The notes beneath the pieces are model-generated. The model was given only the letters and a program-made list of their open reading frames with translations. It was not told where the DNA came from and did not search any database. This document shows, in pieces, positions 61,596 through 64,000 of a stretch of 64,000 nt of DNA; the first letter of the stretch is position 1; each line of letters opens with the position of its first letter. Made by a program: the position numbers and the translations under genes. The stretch covers positions 1,280,001 to 1,344,000 of the forward strand of contig OY762940.1 of the NCBI GenBank assembly GCA_963667255.1. Reading direction: 5' to 3'. Source of the DNA: Candidatus Cloacimonadota bacterium (GTDB lineage: Bacteria > Cloacimonadota > Cloacimonadia > G963667145).

Positions 61596-62129
61596 CTAAT
61601 AATTTTCACACCAAACTTCAAAATAAGCTTTCGGATGCTTACAAGCTGGACATTTCTCTGGAGCCTCGCTACCCTCGTGAATGTAACCGCAGTTCAAGCA
61701 TTTCCACTTAATCGGAGACGATTTTTTGAAAACAACACCATCTTCGATATTTTTTAACAACTTTTTGTATCTCATCTCGTGCTTAGCTTCCACTTCGGCT
61801 ATTTTTTCAAACATAACCGCAATATCCTCAAAACCTTCTTCTCTCGCCTCTTTCGCCATACGAGGATACATCTCAGTCCACTCTTCGTTTTCGCCAGCAG
61901 CAGCTGCTTTCAGATTAGCCATCGTATCGCCCAAGAGTCCCAAAGCCTTAAACTCCAACTTTGCATGCTCTTTTTCGTTTTCAGCGGTTTCCTCAAATAT
62001 TTTGGAAATTTGCTCGTAACCTTCTTTCTTAGCCACCTTGGCAAAATATGTATATTTGTTGCGTGCTTGAGATTCACCCGCAAACGACTCTAACAAATTT
62101 TTTTCAGTTCTTGTTCCTTTCAAACTCAT
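61596..62129 (-). CDS. rbr: Rubrerythrin
   Basis: FAGESQA, EKEHA, EAKHE, C-terminal CLNC...CPAC; ATG 62129 behind GGAGG. Confidence 0.94.
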   Translation of the reverse strand: MSLKGTRTEKNLLESFAGESQARNKYTYFAKVAKKEGYEQISKIFEETAENEKEHAKLEFKALGLLGDTMANLKAAAAGENEEWTEMYPRMAKEAREEGFEDIAVMFEKIAEVEAKHEMRYKKLLKNIEDGVVFKKSSPIKWKCLNCGYIHEGSEAPEKCPACKHPKAYFEVWCENY

Positions 62130-62156
62130 TCTTTCCTCCATTTTCCCCAAACTATC

Positions 62157-62507
62157 CTAATCTTCCAAATCTATACTGTTTTCCCACAGCCCGTGTAGAT
62201 TGCAAAGAGACACGGCAAAAAGAGTTTTGAATTTCCCTTTTTTGATGTGCGTCTTCACATACGGAATGGTGTTCTCTCTACCCAACTCAAATCTCGTGAT
62301 AAAAACTATTTTATCATCTTTTGTCAGAGCGTGCAAAGCGATGTGCTCGATAAAATGCTCCGGCATACTCGGATGAAAAATATTTTCCCCTACTTTCACG
62401 GTTACAGCCAACTCTCCACAGGTGCTACAAGGCTTTACCTCTATAAAAGGCGTATGCTTTTCCGTTCCTTCTGATTCTGATTTTTTCATATAATTTCCTA
62501 ATGACAT
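62157..62507 (-). CDS. 1Fe superoxide reductase (neelaredoxin-like)
   Basis: EKHTP, HP....HFI, CNLHGLW. Confidence 0.88.
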   Translation of the reverse strand: MSLGNYMKKSESEGTEKHTPFIEVKPCSTCGELAVTVKVGENIFHPSMPEHFIEHIALHALTKDDKIVFITRFELGRENTIPYVKTHIKKGKFKTLFAVSLCNLHGLWENSIDLED

Positions 62508-62516
62508 CTTTTCCTC

Positions 62517-63689
62517 CTATTGTTTTTCTGCCAATTCTCTCATAAAGTCGTTCCGCATCTCTTCCAACAATTCCTCTTTCGGCACATATTGCAACCTGTA
62601 AGAATTCATCATCTCAAATCCCGCATCTTGCAAAATCTTGTTCACTATACCTACACTCTGTCCTCCCCATCCGTAACTACCAAAGGCAAGCCCAATCCTC
62701 TTTTTGGGAGCTAACCCACTAAGATAACACAAAAACGAAGCAACCGTAGGCAAGATATTGTTATTGAGCGTCGGAGAACCAACACAAATATATTTACTAT
62801 CCACCAATTTCGTCATAACATCCGAAATATGAGTATGTTGCAAATTTACCAACTCAGCCGAAATATTTTCCCCCTCGAAAACATCCATCAAAACTTCCGC
62901 CATCGTCTTGGTAGAGCCCCACATCGTATCATAAATCACCAACGCCTTTTCCTTGGTTTCGTTGGCAGACCACTGTTTATACAGCGAAACAATTTGCTCT
63001 ATATGCTCATGCCAAATAATCCCATGACTGGGACAAATAAAATCGATATCCAAGCCATCAACAGTCTGCAAAGCCTTTTGGACCTGCATCCCATACGGCA
63101 AAACGATATTTGCATAATACTTCTTCGCTTCCTCCAAGATTACCGACAAAGGGTATTCGTTGTCCAATCGCTCGGAACTGGAAATGTGCTGTCCAAAAGC
63201 GTCGTTGGAAAACAGAATTTTCTCCTCGGGACAATATGTTACCATGTTATCTGGCCAATGCACCATCGGAGTTTGCACAAATTTCAGCGTCCTCTTCCCA
63301 AGAGAAAGCTCATCTCCGGTCTTCACAATCATATAATCCCAATCACCACCAAAATGTGCTTCCAAGCCATCTTTCGCTTTCTGATTGGTAACCACTTTAG
63401 CCTTCGGAGCCAGAGCCACCACTTGTGGCAACGCACCCGAGTGGTCCATCTCAACATGATTTTGCACAATGTAATCAATATCGGCGACATCCACAACACT
63501 GGAAATCCTCTCCAAAAGTTCAGATGCCAAATAATGCTTGGCACTATCAATCAACACTATTTTTTCATCAACTATGAGGTAAGCATTATATGTCGAACCC
63601 CTTTGTGTCAAATATCCGTGAAAATTCCGCAAATCCCAATCTATTCCACCAACCCAATATACGCCCTTCTTCAATTCTTTTGCATCCAA
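62517..63689 (-). CDS. fprA: Flavodiiron protein (FprA family)
   Basis: HVEMDHSG, HWPD, SNDAFGQH, PSHG, FGSYGW; TTG start behind AGGAGG. Confidence 0.94.
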   Translation of the reverse strand: MDAKELKKGVYWVGGIDWDLRNFHGYLTQRGSTYNAYLIVDEKIVLIDSAKHYLASELLERISSVVDVADIDYIVQNHVEMDHSGALPQVVALAPKAKVVTNQKAKDGLEAHFGGDWDYMIVKTGDELSLGKRTLKFVQTPMVHWPDNMVTYCPEEKILFSNDAFGQHISSSERLDNEYPLSVILEEAKKYYANIVLPYGMQVQKALQTVDGLDIDFICPSHGIIWHEHIEQIVSLYKQWSANETKEKALVIYDTMWGSTKTMAEVLMDVFEGENISAELVNLQHTHISDVMTKLVDSKYICVGSPTLNNNILPTVASFLCYLSGLAPKKRIGLAFGSYGWGGQSVGIVNKILQDAGFEMMNSYRLQYVPKEELLEEMRNDFMRELAEKQ

Positions 63690-63734
63690 ATTAACCTCCT
63701 TCAGTTAGCAATCAACAAACAAAATCAATTCTCT

Positions 63735-64000
63735 CTAATATCTCGTTTGGCAAACAGGACAAAAAAAAGTTCCCCTTCCACCTATATTAATTTTCTCAAT
63801 AGCATGCCCGCAAGGACAACACTCTTTCTGATACACTTGCAAAAATGCTTGAAACTTCCCCGACTTATCATCTACGCTTCGATAGTCGCTAATTGTCGTT
63901 CCACAGCACTCTATCGCCTTACTCAGCACCTCTCGCATAACGGTCAGCAAATTATCCACCATTTCCAGTGGCACACAGCCAGCTTTGGATGCCGGATGCA
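63735..64000 (-). CDS. mutM: Formamidopyrimidine-DNA glycosylase, C-terminal part; 5' end outside the window
   Basis: HP...GTTISDY...GKFQ..LQVY and zinc finger CPC...GRGTFFCPVCQ. Confidence 0.88.
   Translation of the reverse strand, partial: HPASKAGCVPLEMVDNLLTVMREVLSKAIECCGTTISDYRSVDDKSGKFQAFLQVYQKECCPCGHAIEKINIGGRGTFFCPVCQTRY

Overview
Gene-dense chromosomal backbone from an anaerobic, double-membraned bacterium. It encodes several outer-membrane barrels, a flavodiiron/superoxide reductase/rubrerythrin/rubredoxin O2-defence set and an archaeal-type bifunctional PGI/PMI. An FCB-associated lineage such as Cloacimonadota is my inference, not verified. There are about 63 CDS in genetic code 11: tandem glutamate dehydrogenases, a major porin-like protein, Rex, sppA, hisS/leuS/asnS/lysS, a molybdenum hydroxylase with an unusual Mo-FAD fusion, mnmG, birA, ugd/capD-like, eno, ttcA, mtnA, ssnA-like, two PAP2 phosphatases, a split arginine pathway (argC-J-A-B-G and argD...argF), an orphan atpG, dapB, dxr, smpB, an AT-rich M30-like lipoprotein protease with a 9-bp VNTR, amidase, tsaE, thrC and dinB. 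I saw no rRNA, tRNA, CRISPR array, IS element or prophage. The most striking unexplained signals are four. (1) Nearly every operon start carries a perfect or near-perfect TTGACA with no recognisable -10 hexamer. (2) An orphan atpG is paired with a small membrane protein. (3) A novel-domain histidine phosphatase and a degenerate GGDEF protein sit between argD and argF. (4) Two tandem PAP2 proteins share a C-terminal beta-hairpin tag. All product calls come from motif recognition by eye; no database search was run.
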